Origin: Phoronis australis
Lineage: Eukaryota; Animalia; Phoronida
DNA: 64,000 bases
Direction: 5' to 3'
Assembly (NCBI GenBank): GCA_002633005.1
Contig: NMRA01000308.1
Span: 186,001-250,000 of the forward strand
In this document: piece after piece, positions 38,901-47,000 of the stretch
Layout of the letters: every line of letters begins with the position of its first letter
Numbering within the stretch: the stretch's first letter is position 1
Notes under the pieces: generated by a model
Seen by the model: the letters and a program-made list of their open reading frames with translations, nothing else
What the model was told of the DNA's origin: nothing
Databases searched by the model: none
Program-made: the position numbers and the translations under genes

Positions 38901-40264
38901 ATTTCTGATTTGCTTTGTATCTCTTAGAGGCTCACATTGCCCCGATCAGTGGGAATGTTTAAAATATTGGTCTTCTCTTTTATCTGCACTGTTTGTGGTG
39001 CACATGTTGGGTGCATATAAACGCTCGATGTAAAATATCAACTACGTTATTTTAATATTAATGTACAATGTACTGGTATTAATGTACATTGTACTAATGT
39101 ACATTGTATTGATGTATTGTGCACTGGTATGTATTCTGCAGTGTTCTGGTACTTGATGTAACATAACAGTTGTACTTTTGTGTAGGCACAGTAGAGGTGA
39201 ATCGAATTACATGAGTGTTCTTTCTTCCTATAGACAGCCCACAATATTAAGTAACGGTACCTCAGATGGTGAGGGTACACGGAGCAGTTCACAGTCTAGT
39301 ACGCGATCACCCAGCAAGAGGTCAGCAGTAGCAACCAGGAAGAGGCCTGCACCTGACAGTGAGGAGGATGAAATAAACGTAAGTTCACTGTGATTGGGTG
39401 AGCTGTGCAAATGATGCAGTTTCTGGACACGTCCCTAAAACTGTTTGGAAATGACCACTGCTGTTGAAAAATAGTTGAGATCCTAGATTCTATATATCTT
39501 GTGTAATTGGTCAAGTTTCAAGTACAGGTATCAGATCCAAGGCCTCTTTGCATCAGGCTTGTTTCTTGGGACTTCGGCAAGCTCATGTGACTCACATGTG
39601 CATCACGAGAAGTATGTGATACCACTAGGTGTCACTTGCGAATGTCTTCATTACGCAATGAGTCTCAGACCTCCTACTGTATGTCGTCTAATGGTTCTAA
39701 GACATTAACGACTCAGTTATGATATCGAATCGTTGTTTACAAAAACACTGTTTAGTTCCCAGTGTTTTCTTTCTAAAAGTTACTAATGTAATATCAACAT
39801 TACCATAACAAGTTCTGTTATAAGTGTTTCAATGCTAAAATTTCCATTTTGAATATGTTACGTTTTTCACGTTATAATGTGAAGACTATAGCGACTGACT
39901 ATAGCGACTGACTATAGCGACTATGACTATAGCGACTATGACTATAGAGACTATGACTATAGCGACTATGACTATAGAGACTATGACTATAGAGACTATG
40001 ACTATAGCGACTATGACAGTCATAGTAATTAAACAAAAATAGAAAGTTTTATATTCTTACTAAGGAAAGTTTATTGTATGCTTCTGTCTACACTGTGTTA
40101 TGTATTGGATGCCTTAGACGTAGTCACACATCTTGATTCCTGAATGGAGCCCAAAATGGTCAGTGACCATTTCAACATTGCTGACCCCAACTTAAAATCA
40201 ATATTTATTTCTTGTTTTCTTTTTGTAGGTTAAGCGACGAACACGCACCACTAGAAGGCGTTGA
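2871..40264 (+). CDS. PDS5: Sister chromatid cohesion protein PDS5 (PDS5A/B co-ortholog), complete, 32 coding exons, ~1682 aa
   Basis: Exons join with consistent phases and GT-AG sites (sum 5049 nt). Hallmark peptides: [107 protein letters not shown]; ends [11 protein letters not shown]. Confidence 0.97.
3731..3925 (+). CDS. PDS5: PDS5 coding exon 2 (APEAP motif)
   Basis: tag|[12 protein letters not shown]...[15 protein letters not shown]|gtaagg. Confidence 0.95.
4483..4569 (+). CDS. PDS5: PDS5 coding exon 3
   Basis: tag|[29 protein letters not shown]|gtgagc. Confidence 0.95.
4820..4917 (+). CDS. PDS5: PDS5 coding exon 4
   Basis: tag|[32 protein letters not shown]|gtaagg, phase 2. Confidence 0.95.
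5531..5657 (+). CDS. PDS5: PDS5 coding exon 5
   Basis: tag|[42 protein letters not shown]|gtgagc. Confidence 0.93.
6027..6107 (+). CDS. PDS5: PDS5 coding exon 6
   Basis: cag|[27 protein letters not shown]|gtaagt. Confidence 0.93.
6550..6690 (+). CDS. PDS5: PDS5 coding exon 7
   Basis: cag|[12 protein letters not shown]...[13 protein letters not shown]|gtaacg. Confidence 0.95.
6998..7490. repeat. Minisatellite, 38-bp unit
   Basis: TCTAGTTCTTTATACTCTACTGCCTAAGCGTTCTCATG x~13. Confidence 0.95.
7654..7769 (+). CDS. PDS5: PDS5 coding exon 8
   Basis: tag|[38 protein letters not shown]|gtgtgt, phase 2. Confidence 0.94.
8525..8619 (+). CDS. PDS5: PDS5 coding exon 9
   Basis: tag|[31 protein letters not shown]|gtaggt. 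Confidence 0.93.
9200..9345 (+). CDS. PDS5: PDS5 coding exon 10
   Basis: tag|[18 protein letters not shown]...VKERTLDKS|gtaagt. Confidence 0.95.
9546..9697 (+). CDS. PDS5: PDS5 coding exon 11
   Basis: cag|[18 protein letters not shown]...[18 protein letters not shown]|gtaggt. Confidence 0.95.
10186..10299 (+). CDS. PDS5: PDS5 coding exon 12
   Basis: cag|[37 protein letters not shown]|gtaagt. Confidence 0.94.
11148..11741. repeat. Minisatellite, 15-bp unit
   Basis: AAGCTAACGTATGGT x~39. Confidence 0.96.
12087..12119 (+). CDS. PDS5: PDS5 coding exon 13 (33-nt micro-exon)
   Basis: tttcag|[10 protein letters not shown]|gtaagt; phase 2-2; aligns to vertebrate ALNEMWKCQN. Confidence 0.88.
12646..12743 (+). 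CDS. PDS5: PDS5 coding exon 14
   Basis: cag|[32 protein letters not shown]|gtgagt. Confidence 0.9.
13105..13425 (+). repeat. Degenerate ~61-bp tandem repeat spanning the exon 15 acceptor
   Basis: CTCTCAG|GGACATTCCCAGACCCC..CATATTCCAGAACTATTTGTG x~5.3. Confidence 0.85.
13406..13545 (+). CDS. PDS5: PDS5 coding exon 15
   Basis: cag|[46 protein letters not shown]|gtaagt. Confidence 0.93.
14346..14835 (+). repeat. Unclassified interspersed repeat family C, copy 1
   Basis: Aligns to 57366..57896 (+), 56481..56822 (-) and 62371..62472. Confidence 0.8.
15447..15915. mobile_element. hAT-like MITE
   Basis: TIRs CAGGCCTTTATCCAG / CTGCATAAAGGCTTG, exact 8-bp TSD TCCTCAGG; partial second copy at 16148..16220. 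Confidence 0.82.
17067..17276 (+). CDS. PDS5: PDS5 coding exon 16
   Basis: cag|[10 protein letters not shown]...[11 protein letters not shown]...SGVKLLE|gtgagt. Confidence 0.94.
17560..17752. repeat. Minisatellite, 27-bp unit
   Basis: TGTAAAATGTAGATAGAGAAGAAGTTC x7. Confidence 0.95.
17928..18088 (+). CDS. PDS5: PDS5 coding exon 17
   Basis: cag|[19 protein letters not shown]...LQIFTNT...PNMY|gtaagt. Confidence 0.93.
18165..19141. mobile_element. MITE hosting the 18346..18845 element
   Basis: Termini CAGCGCTCG / CGAGCGCTG with longer subterminal inverted similarity; GCCTG duplicated at flanks; similar terminus at ~2998. Confidence 0.65.
18346..18845. mobile_element. hAT-like MITE nested in another MITE
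   Basis: Perfect 13-bp TIRs CAGGGCTTGGAAT / ATTCCAAGCCCTG; TTCCGCG subterminal repeats; flanks are ACAT repeats (TSD imperfect). Confidence 0.78.
19142..20800. repeat. Degenerate ~25-bp minisatellite split by an insertion (19390..20509)
   Basis: AAATGCCTGTATGTTTTTGTCCCAG-like units at 19142..19390 and 20510..20800. Confidence 0.75.
21163..21286 (+). CDS. PDS5: PDS5 coding exon 18
   Basis: tag|[41 protein letters not shown]|gtatgc. Confidence 0.95.
21703..21861 (+). CDS. PDS5: PDS5 coding exon 19
   Basis: cag|HLTTKSL...LVSLGHIA...[17 protein letters not shown]|gtaagt. Confidence 0.94.
22385..22453 (+). CDS. PDS5: PDS5 coding exon 20
   Basis: tag|[23 protein letters not shown]|gtatgt. Confidence 0.9.
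22825..22961 (+). CDS. PDS5: PDS5 coding exon 21
   Basis: tag|[45 protein letters not shown]|gtgagt. Confidence 0.95.
23103..24055. mobile_element. Kolobok-like non-autonomous element with decayed THAP domain
   Basis: TTAA at both ends, imperfect TIRs AGTGTACACAACATG / CATGGTGTGTACTG; + strand remnant [28 protein letters not shown]. Confidence 0.72.
24433..24610. repeat. Tandem repeat, 59-bp unit x3
   Basis: TAGTCATCCATTGGTTAAGAGCTGAACGTTC...GGACTAGTTAGG. Confidence 0.93.
24951..25206. repeat. Minisatellite, 42-bp unit x6
   Basis: AGAATTCTAATTGCAAAATGACTTAGCCAGCTTACTAACTTT. Confidence 0.95.
25437..25560 (+). CDS. PDS5: PDS5 coding exon 22
   Basis: cag|[41 protein letters not shown]|gtaagc. 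Confidence 0.95.
25946..26150 (+). CDS. PDS5: PDS5 coding exon 23
   Basis: tag|[31 protein letters not shown]...[13 protein letters not shown]|gtaagt. Confidence 0.95.
26820..26937 (+). CDS. PDS5: PDS5 coding exon 24
   Basis: tag|[38 protein letters not shown]|gtgagt. Confidence 0.92.
27515..27659 (+). CDS. PDS5: PDS5 coding exon 25
   Basis: cag|CLWFMMEPL...[16 protein letters not shown]...MNK|gtacgt. Confidence 0.94.
28468..28590 (+). CDS. PDS5: PDS5 coding exon 26
   Basis: cag|[17 protein letters not shown]...[13 protein letters not shown]|gtaagc. Confidence 0.94.
28784..29073 (+). CDS. PDS5: PDS5 coding exon 27 (start of disordered tail)
   Basis: cag|[21 protein letters not shown]...KGKNI|gtacgt; donor chosen because phase 2 fits the next acceptor. 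Confidence 0.85.
29116..29763. repeat. Minisatellite, 28-bp unit x~23
   Basis: TAGTCCTAGTTGTATCAGGCTACCCAGA. Confidence 0.95.
30513..31463 (+). CDS. PDS5: PDS5 coding exon 28 (951 nt, S/K/P-rich)
   Basis: Within ORF 30424..31467; tag|SPPAKNT...ASLKTA|gtaagt; phase 2-2. Confidence 0.85.
31100..31290 (+). repeat. Coding 30-bp tandem repeat in PDS5 exon 28
   Basis: GCCAAGTCGACCCCT(T/C)T.. x6 encoding AKSTPL(K/R)xSS. Confidence 0.93.
33179..33387. repeat. Minisatellite, 17-bp unit x12
   Basis: ATGCACATAGACATCAC. Confidence 0.95.
34033..34177. repeat. Minisatellite, 16-bp unit x9
   Basis: AGATACAGTCATGCAC. Confidence 0.95.
34851..34952 (+). CDS. PDS5: PDS5 coding exon 29
   Basis: ttttag|[33 protein letters not shown]|gtatag; phase 2-2. 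Confidence 0.8.
35010..36622 (+). mobile_element. HINE/Helentron-like element with ~11 tandem monomers, in PDS5 intron 29
   Basis: CGTCC-type repeats at 5' side, monomer array, 3' subTIR GTGGGCGCAT, hairpin CAACGCTCCGTGTTG, CTCTTGTT end. Confidence 0.85.
36905..37138 (+). CDS. PDS5: PDS5 coding exon 30
   Basis: tag|QRKADSQT...SPKKG..SPRKG..SPRKG...RKG|gtaagt; phase 2-2. Confidence 0.83.
37485..38690 (+). mobile_element. Full-length HINE/Helentron-like (DINE-1-type architecture) element, in PDS5 intron 30
   Basis: T-rich insertion site; 5' subTIR ATGCGCCCAC with adjacent IR CCACATAT-ATATGTGG; (GTCC)n-like microsatellite; 7 monomers; 3' subTIR GTGGGCGCAT at 38655; 3' hairpin; no TSD. Confidence 0.88.
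39234..39378 (+). CDS. PDS5: PDS5 coding exon 31
   Basis: tag|QPTILSNG...[14 protein letters not shown]|gtaagt. Confidence 0.8.
39884..40017. repeat. Minisatellite, 13-15-bp unit
   Basis: GACTATAG(C/A)GACTAT. Confidence 0.9.
40229..40264 (+). CDS. PDS5: PDS5 terminal coding exon 32
   Basis: Strong polypyrimidine tract, tag|[11 protein letters not shown], similar to the basic C-terminus of vertebrate PDS5B. Confidence 0.82.
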   Translation, partial: VKRRTRTTRRR

Positions 40265-41475
40265 CCATCGTGTTTACAGTCCTGTTTTTAGATAAGGTTG
40301 TTGGTAATTCTTGTTCCAAGTGTATCGTGAGTTTAAACAATTGATGTGGAATGTGCCAGAAGGTATCCACTTCTTCATATGGAAATTATGTAAATGATCT
40401 GTGTAGTTTAGCATGCAGTTTATGAGACTGTATGTGAACACTTGTCATGGATTAAACAAAGGCCTTTTCCTTGTATTGAATTCCCTACTTTTCCCTGGAT
40501 TTTTAAACTTGTATAGCAAGACTGGTGTTTGGTTTGAATGATTTCTCGTCCCATTGATACACGAGTTTTCATGCCTCACCAGACACATTACATCATTTAG
40601 TGTTAGCAGTGTATCTGTAGAAGTTTCTAAATCTTCTTGGCTTCTGTCAATTTAAAACTATCAAGTCGCACTCAAGGTCCTACACCTTTCATACGACGAT
40701 GACTCTCATTTGGATTGTAAATGTTGTAAATATAAAGTTTAGTTTTTAGCCAGGTATTTTAACTTTTTATAAATTAGTTTATTAATTTGCTTAGCAAGAC
40801 ATGTTAGTCGCTGTGAAAGGCACTTTGTGATGTTCTAATAGACACTCGTATTAAAATTTTGCTCCTCTCAAGTACCCTTTGTAATTTAGGTGGGAATTTT
40901 CCTGTTCCCATTGGACAGTAAGAGACTTCAGTTTATTTGAGTTTACAACACATCTTGATACACGTGTCAGTTTTTGCAGACCTTTTGGGTTATTGCACGG
41001 TGAAATAAAATAGAAATCAATGAAGCAATTTGGGTTAAATCTTTGATATGTGGTGTAGGTTACATTACACACATTTTACGAATATATTGTCAGCCTCAAT
41101 TGCTGCGCATTGTATTTTCACAAGGCCAGCAATGTAAAAACACATGAAGTCATTGCTCTGCTCTGCAAGCATCCATCATTTCAGAGCTATTTTTTGAAAG
41201 GTTATGATGTTGACATATTCAGCATTTGGTCAAATATTTTGAAAATTAACCGTTGTCTGTGCTTCACAGTACTGTTCTGTTGGCAGCCAGAAATGATGCA
41301 AGGCACATGGCATTCAGTTGAATTTCAGTCTAGTGCAGCTTTAGCTGTTGTTGCTTTGATCATGTTATATGTTAGTCTAGGAACACATTCCAATGAGTGT
41401 TGCATTTTTCCTACCATTTGATTGTACTTATCCCAAATACTGTTGATTACAAAGTGCAGTGTTGTAGTTTGTGAT

Positions 41476-41481
41476 AATAAA
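41476..41481 (+). terminator. Candidate PDS5 polyadenylation signal
   Basis: AATAAA followed by a T-rich tract ~1.2 kb after the stop; an alternative AATAAA is at 41004. Confidence 0.5.
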
Positions 41482-41996
41482 CATGCTTTCATTTTTCCTT
41501 TTAGTGAATGATTGCGATAACTTTAAATTTCCACAATACCCTCATTTATGCTGCATACTTCTTCTCATTGAGTCACATAAAAACAATTAGCTGGCTAATT
41601 AGCATATTCTCAGTAATTTCTAGTATCATAAAACTCACAAGTTAGGCGTGCCCAAGACGGGCGTTTTCACTCAACTCTGACAAAGTTCTGCATAATGGCT
41701 GTTCTAGTTCATGCACTCAGCCCATTAGATAAGCCGAATTTCACCAATCTCCAATTAAATCTTTCTTTCCCATTGCATCCAACTTGGGCGAGTATTACTG
41801 GTATCATAAATCAATATGCACTTGTCTGGGTTATTTGTTATGTGAAAATAGTCTTCACAGATAGATAACAATAATTATGCCAAAGCCATATAGGACGAAT
41901 GCATTCTGCGCGACACAAGTTCTGCCATTACTTGAAGGAAACAAGTGCTGCTGATGTGTAAATACAATCAAATACTTTCAGAATCACACAGGAAAG

Positions 41997-42002
41997 TTTA
42001 TT
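41997..42002 (-). terminator. Candidate cyclin I polyadenylation signal
   Basis: TTTATT on + (AATAAA on -) ~1.8 kb after the cyclin I stop. Confidence 0.5.
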
Positions 42003-43799
42003 CAACATGTATACTGACTTGCCAGCCCACAGTATGAACACAAAATAAACGTGGACCACTAAGACTATTGTTATAGTAATATTACATCACCAGTAAGTTA
42101 AACCCATGAAAACGGCAATGTATCGCTATGACCTGGCGGGCGATGAATCTTGACAGCAAGAAACTTAAGTGAATGGTTGAAACACGCAATCATCATGAAA
42201 ATAAAACTAAGAAATTGTACAAGAAAATCCACACCATCTTAATAATGTCTACAGTTTGGAGCGTTACAGTGACGAACATTTTAAATGTGCTTGTAGCGAC
42301 CAGTGGATATCTTGTGCGCATGTGACTAACAGGCTAACTATTGAACACATGCTTGATGCCATTGAACAGTTAATAAAATGGCTGCAGAAAACACATGCTT
42401 GATGCCATTGAACAGTTAATAAAATGGCTGCACAAAACAAAGAATATCTAATGTGCTTAGTTTCCTACACTAGTGTCATCATCAGACACACAGCTGTATA
42501 TAAAAAGCAGGTACGCTTGTGTAAAGATTAACAGTGGATACTGCTCTACAGCCTTACAGGTGAGTTAAAACACTCGTCACATCCATCCTCTTCCTGTCCT
42601 GTTAGGTTGGTTAACTATACAATACTTACAACTATACATTTAAACTGAAAGACTTTTTTAAAGGTTTTGTTCCTTTTGTTATTTTTTTATCTCCTCCCTG
42701 AGCCAGAGATAGATATGAATGATAAGATCTGATATCTCGTAGTATATGTACACTCTTGAAATCTCGTACGGCTCAGCCGAGAAATTTTTACATATTTACA
42801 CGTTAATACAATATATTAACTACACAATATATTAAAACTATATGTATATACATGCATACATAGTACGCATTACGGTATTGTATGGCAAAGAGGACTGGGT
42901 ACAAGCAGTAATCTGTAGTTCAAACTGACAATGTATTCACAAGGAGCACCTTTTTGCAGGCTACAGCACCAGGTGTTGCCACATTCACCTTAATCGGACT
43001 AAAGCACCAGTACTGCCACATAAAACGCCCCGCTTTACCAGCAGGTTATACTGGGGACCAGTGCAATGGCAGTACATCCATAAAGAAATGGCCTGGTGCT
43101 GCAACCTGAAAAGTAAACCACCATCACCCAATAGTGCATGATGTGGATGACAACTTTTTGACACACTAAAAACTTTGCCACACTCCAGTTATCACAACAG
43201 TAGGATCAAGCTGTTTAAGCATCATCTCAGTGATAATACTGATGAAACTAACCAAAGTGATTGACCTGCTCTTCACAAACTGGCCGCTTAGGTTACACAG
43301 TCACCTCAGTTATCAATGGTGAAACCAAAGGTATTCTAGCAATATTGTTGGTGTTAAGCAGAAGAAATTGTCACTTGAACTGGCCACATATCCCACTATG
43401 TGTCAAGTGACCAGTTCATGAGAGTTGAAATAAACGCATAAAACACAGCTAGCAACGAGGTCAACTATACAATTGCAATTATTTAGCTAAAATAACACAA
43501 AAGCGACGGTTAAAACACATGAAAATGAGTGCCACAGTACAGTGAGAACAAACAACAGATAAAATGTATATTATTTAGTAAATAAACAGTTACCAATGAA
43601 ACAACAAAAGATGATAATCTAATTTAAAATATAAGCAAATCAACGAAAATATTGCCCCTAGTTGTCCTGTGACATCTAAAAAGAGTAAAATCAAAATAAC
43701 CTTGCTGAGCTACGAAAACTGTCCTATGTTTCTTGCAAATTAGCAAATGAACCAATTAAAACAAATATGCGAAATGTTAAAATGGCGGTCAATGAAAAC

Positions 43800-44093
43800 T
43801 CAGTTGGCCGCCACGCTCTGGAACGGAGAGCAGTCTGTTGTATCTTGGTGCATCTCGCCACCACACGATGACATCACAGCAACGGTGACTTCAGCAATGG
43901 GATCGTCGTTATAAAGACGCTTCAGACAAGCGTAGATGTCATCCTCTTCATCGTCAGACAGCTGATCAACCTTGCGTTTGCCTGGTTTGATTGGCGTCCG
44001 TATGACAGGGTGGTAAGATATGAAGACCCATGGACAGGACGAGAGGTGTCGCGACATGATCTCACGGCATCCTATCAGCTGTTCATTATCCAC
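43800..44093 (-). CDS. CCNI: Cyclin I terminal exon 6
   Basis: cag|VDNEQLIGCREIMSRHLS...KRLYNDD...SVAAN*. Confidence 0.94.
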   Translation of the reverse strand: MDNEQLIGCREIMSRHLSSCPWVFISYHPVIRTPIKPGKRKVDQLSDDEEDDIYACLKRLYNDDPIAEVTVAVMSSCGGEMHQDTTDCSPFQSVAAN

Positions 44094-47000
44094 CTGGTGA
44101 GGGCAAACAAACATTCAGTATCTACATGCAGGTTTCTTATGCGAGTTTCTTCTATTAGTACTCACTATTTAATTCGGGTAATTAGAAAACAGAGTCAACG
44201 ATTTGTGCTGTGTGATCAGAGCTGCTAATAAAATTCATCTATCTTGTACAGCAAGAAGCGTGCCATTTCACCATTAACATCACATCCTCTGTGCTAAGTG
44301 TACATTTCAGACAATCTCTAATAGTGGTCATTATGTTGCACATAAAATCAAGTTAATACCGTAGTCATCTGTTGCACTGTCAGAGTGTAGGTGAGCCAGT
44401 CTGGCTTGAACAGTTCCAGCTCAAGACTGACCAAGGCCAGGGCCAGTGTTGCCGGTGGGTAGGCAGTTAGACGGTGGTCAGCCAGGCACAGCTGTAGCTT
44501 CCTGGTGAGGACGGAGAGCTGGCGTGATGGAGACATCTGGGGATAGGCATCCAACAGGTGGGGACACTTGCACAGAAGCAGTGCATGCAGCTAGAAATAG
44601 AGGACGGAAACAACAAATAGTAAGTAAAATCACTGTAAAGACTGGCTGAGGTTTTAATGAAACAACATGAATATGAGCAACTTAAGACTAATCACGGATC
44701 AAAAAACTTAGGTAAACTTTCAGTAGACTTTCACGAGTCAACAATGTGAAGGATATGTAGGACATTAGGCACATGTCCAAATTTGGTTAACTTTGGAACA
44801 CCGTATCTCTCAGAAATGGCACACCAAACTTTCAAATACTGCCAATGCTTTATGCACTATTCTCCAAAACAGTGCTTATGGGTTGCTTTTAAAACGTTCC
44901 TCTTTTGCATAATGAAAAATTTCATGATGCATAAAACTGTGCACAGAATTTTTTTGTGATTTCATCTTGAACATTTAATAAAATATGATCATGATTATGA
45001 AATAGATACAATTGTTTTGCTAATGATGTACCTTCCTTTTTGCTAAATACTACTTAAAAACATGATCCCATGACCTAATTAATAGCAGTCTGGTAAAAAG
45101 TGAACAAACCAATCCTACAGGCTTTCTCCTTTCACTGAGATAATGTTTATAGATATTTGGCTAAGCACACTGGCAAGTCAATAAGGTCCTACATACCCTT
45201 AACATATCCAGCAGCAAGCAACAGAAAAACGTTGAGGAACCCGCTGAATTAAGCACCCCCCACAATAAACCAGCAGTTCTGCATACTATCCATTTTCTAA
45301 AATGGCTGTGGTCACTGTGGAAACAGTTGAACCATCTAGGCAGTAAGGCACTTACAATGTGAACAAAGTGTAGAGGTGTGACTGTGTCCAGCTTCCACTG
45401 CAGTTTGTCCAGTATAATTCTCTCCATTCGCAGCACTTCGGCCACATTACAGCCACACTCACTCCTGTCCACAAGGTCACGCACGCTTGGTATAACCTAT
45501 CAACACAAAACAAGACCCTGTTAAGATGGCAGATACTCTCTTCCTTAACTCCTTATGAATTGAACTTGACAATAAAATCACTTCAGGCTGAGCAGCAGTT
45601 TCCATAATTGAACAAAAAGCAAGCAGATCTGTTTACTGCAGATGCACAGATAAAACTTAATTGAAATAAAATAGATGTTTAAAACACAAAATGAGTTCAA
45701 CCTATTTTGTTGCAATACATAAGGCTTCCTTTTAAAGGGTTTCACCAGTGTACTACTTTAAGTAGCTATGACATGAAATAAAACAAGAGATGACTCTATT
45801 CAAGTGTAAGTACAATATAGCTATTTACCTCATCTTCTTCCGATGTCTTGGCAGCCAGATAGAAGCAGCTGACTGCTATACATCTAAGATACTTAGGCCG
45901 AACCTGAAAAATAGCCATACGAGTAATAACAAACAGCAATTACGCTTATATTCATAAGATGATTGAACAAAACTGCTAGCAGAACCAGCCAGTAATAAGG
46001 TCGTTACCACTTATCCACACACAATGTCTGGCCAGTAATGTTTTCTACTCTTAGTGAGTTTAAATGATGAAAAACAGCATCGCCACAGAAATCATACTTC
46101 CACTTTGATATTCAATGCAAGTAGAGTACTAGTCAAAGAAAACACAAGACAAACCTTTACTGTTTGCAGAAATCTGTCAAGAATTGTGACACTCAGTGCC
46201 AAAGTTTCAGGGTAGAAGCGAAACGTCTCATTGAGTTTGGACAACCACTGTACAATCTCAGCTCTGTGAGACGGTCCCACTGAGCATACCTGGAAACAAA
46301 CAGTTATAGTTGAGTTTTACAATTGGTGAACTCGCTAGGCAGTACAACACTAAAGCAAAGAGACACAATATCAGAAGCCCCTACTATGGATAAGCGAGAT
46401 TAAAATTTATCCCACTCATTGTCTAACTAGGATCTCATGCTATTGACAAGGAAATGATACAAGCAATTATGGAGTGAATCATGGTAATTTTTTGCTCACT
46501 GCTGAAACCCCAATCAGAAACTGGATATTACTAATATGCACAGGATATGCTATTTGTCAACATATTAACCTTCAGTCTTGCTAATCAGGTCAGACAAAAT
46601 GTGTTATTACAACAATGACAACCACAAGGTCACATTAAACCACTCAAATGAAAATCCCATTAGATTTAAATTTAAAGTCAAGTACTGCCTGGACTTGAGT
46701 GACAGATAAAACACACTCAACAACCAAACTAACTGGAGCCTATGACTACACAAAGTTTCAGTTATCACTTGCACTCACTTGTCAATGTGTTCAACTAAAA
46801 GATGGCAAACATTTTCACTGTGTCGTAAGATACAGCACAGTTTGTTCAACTTACTACGATGCTAAGTTGACGTGCATGTACACATCTCAAATCACGGAAA
46901 ACTTCTAGCATACGTCACAATTTCCAGTCTCAATATAATGCTTCTGAAGACTCCTACTGACACAACCTCTAGTTAATTCAAAGATTTCTTTCCTTCCATC

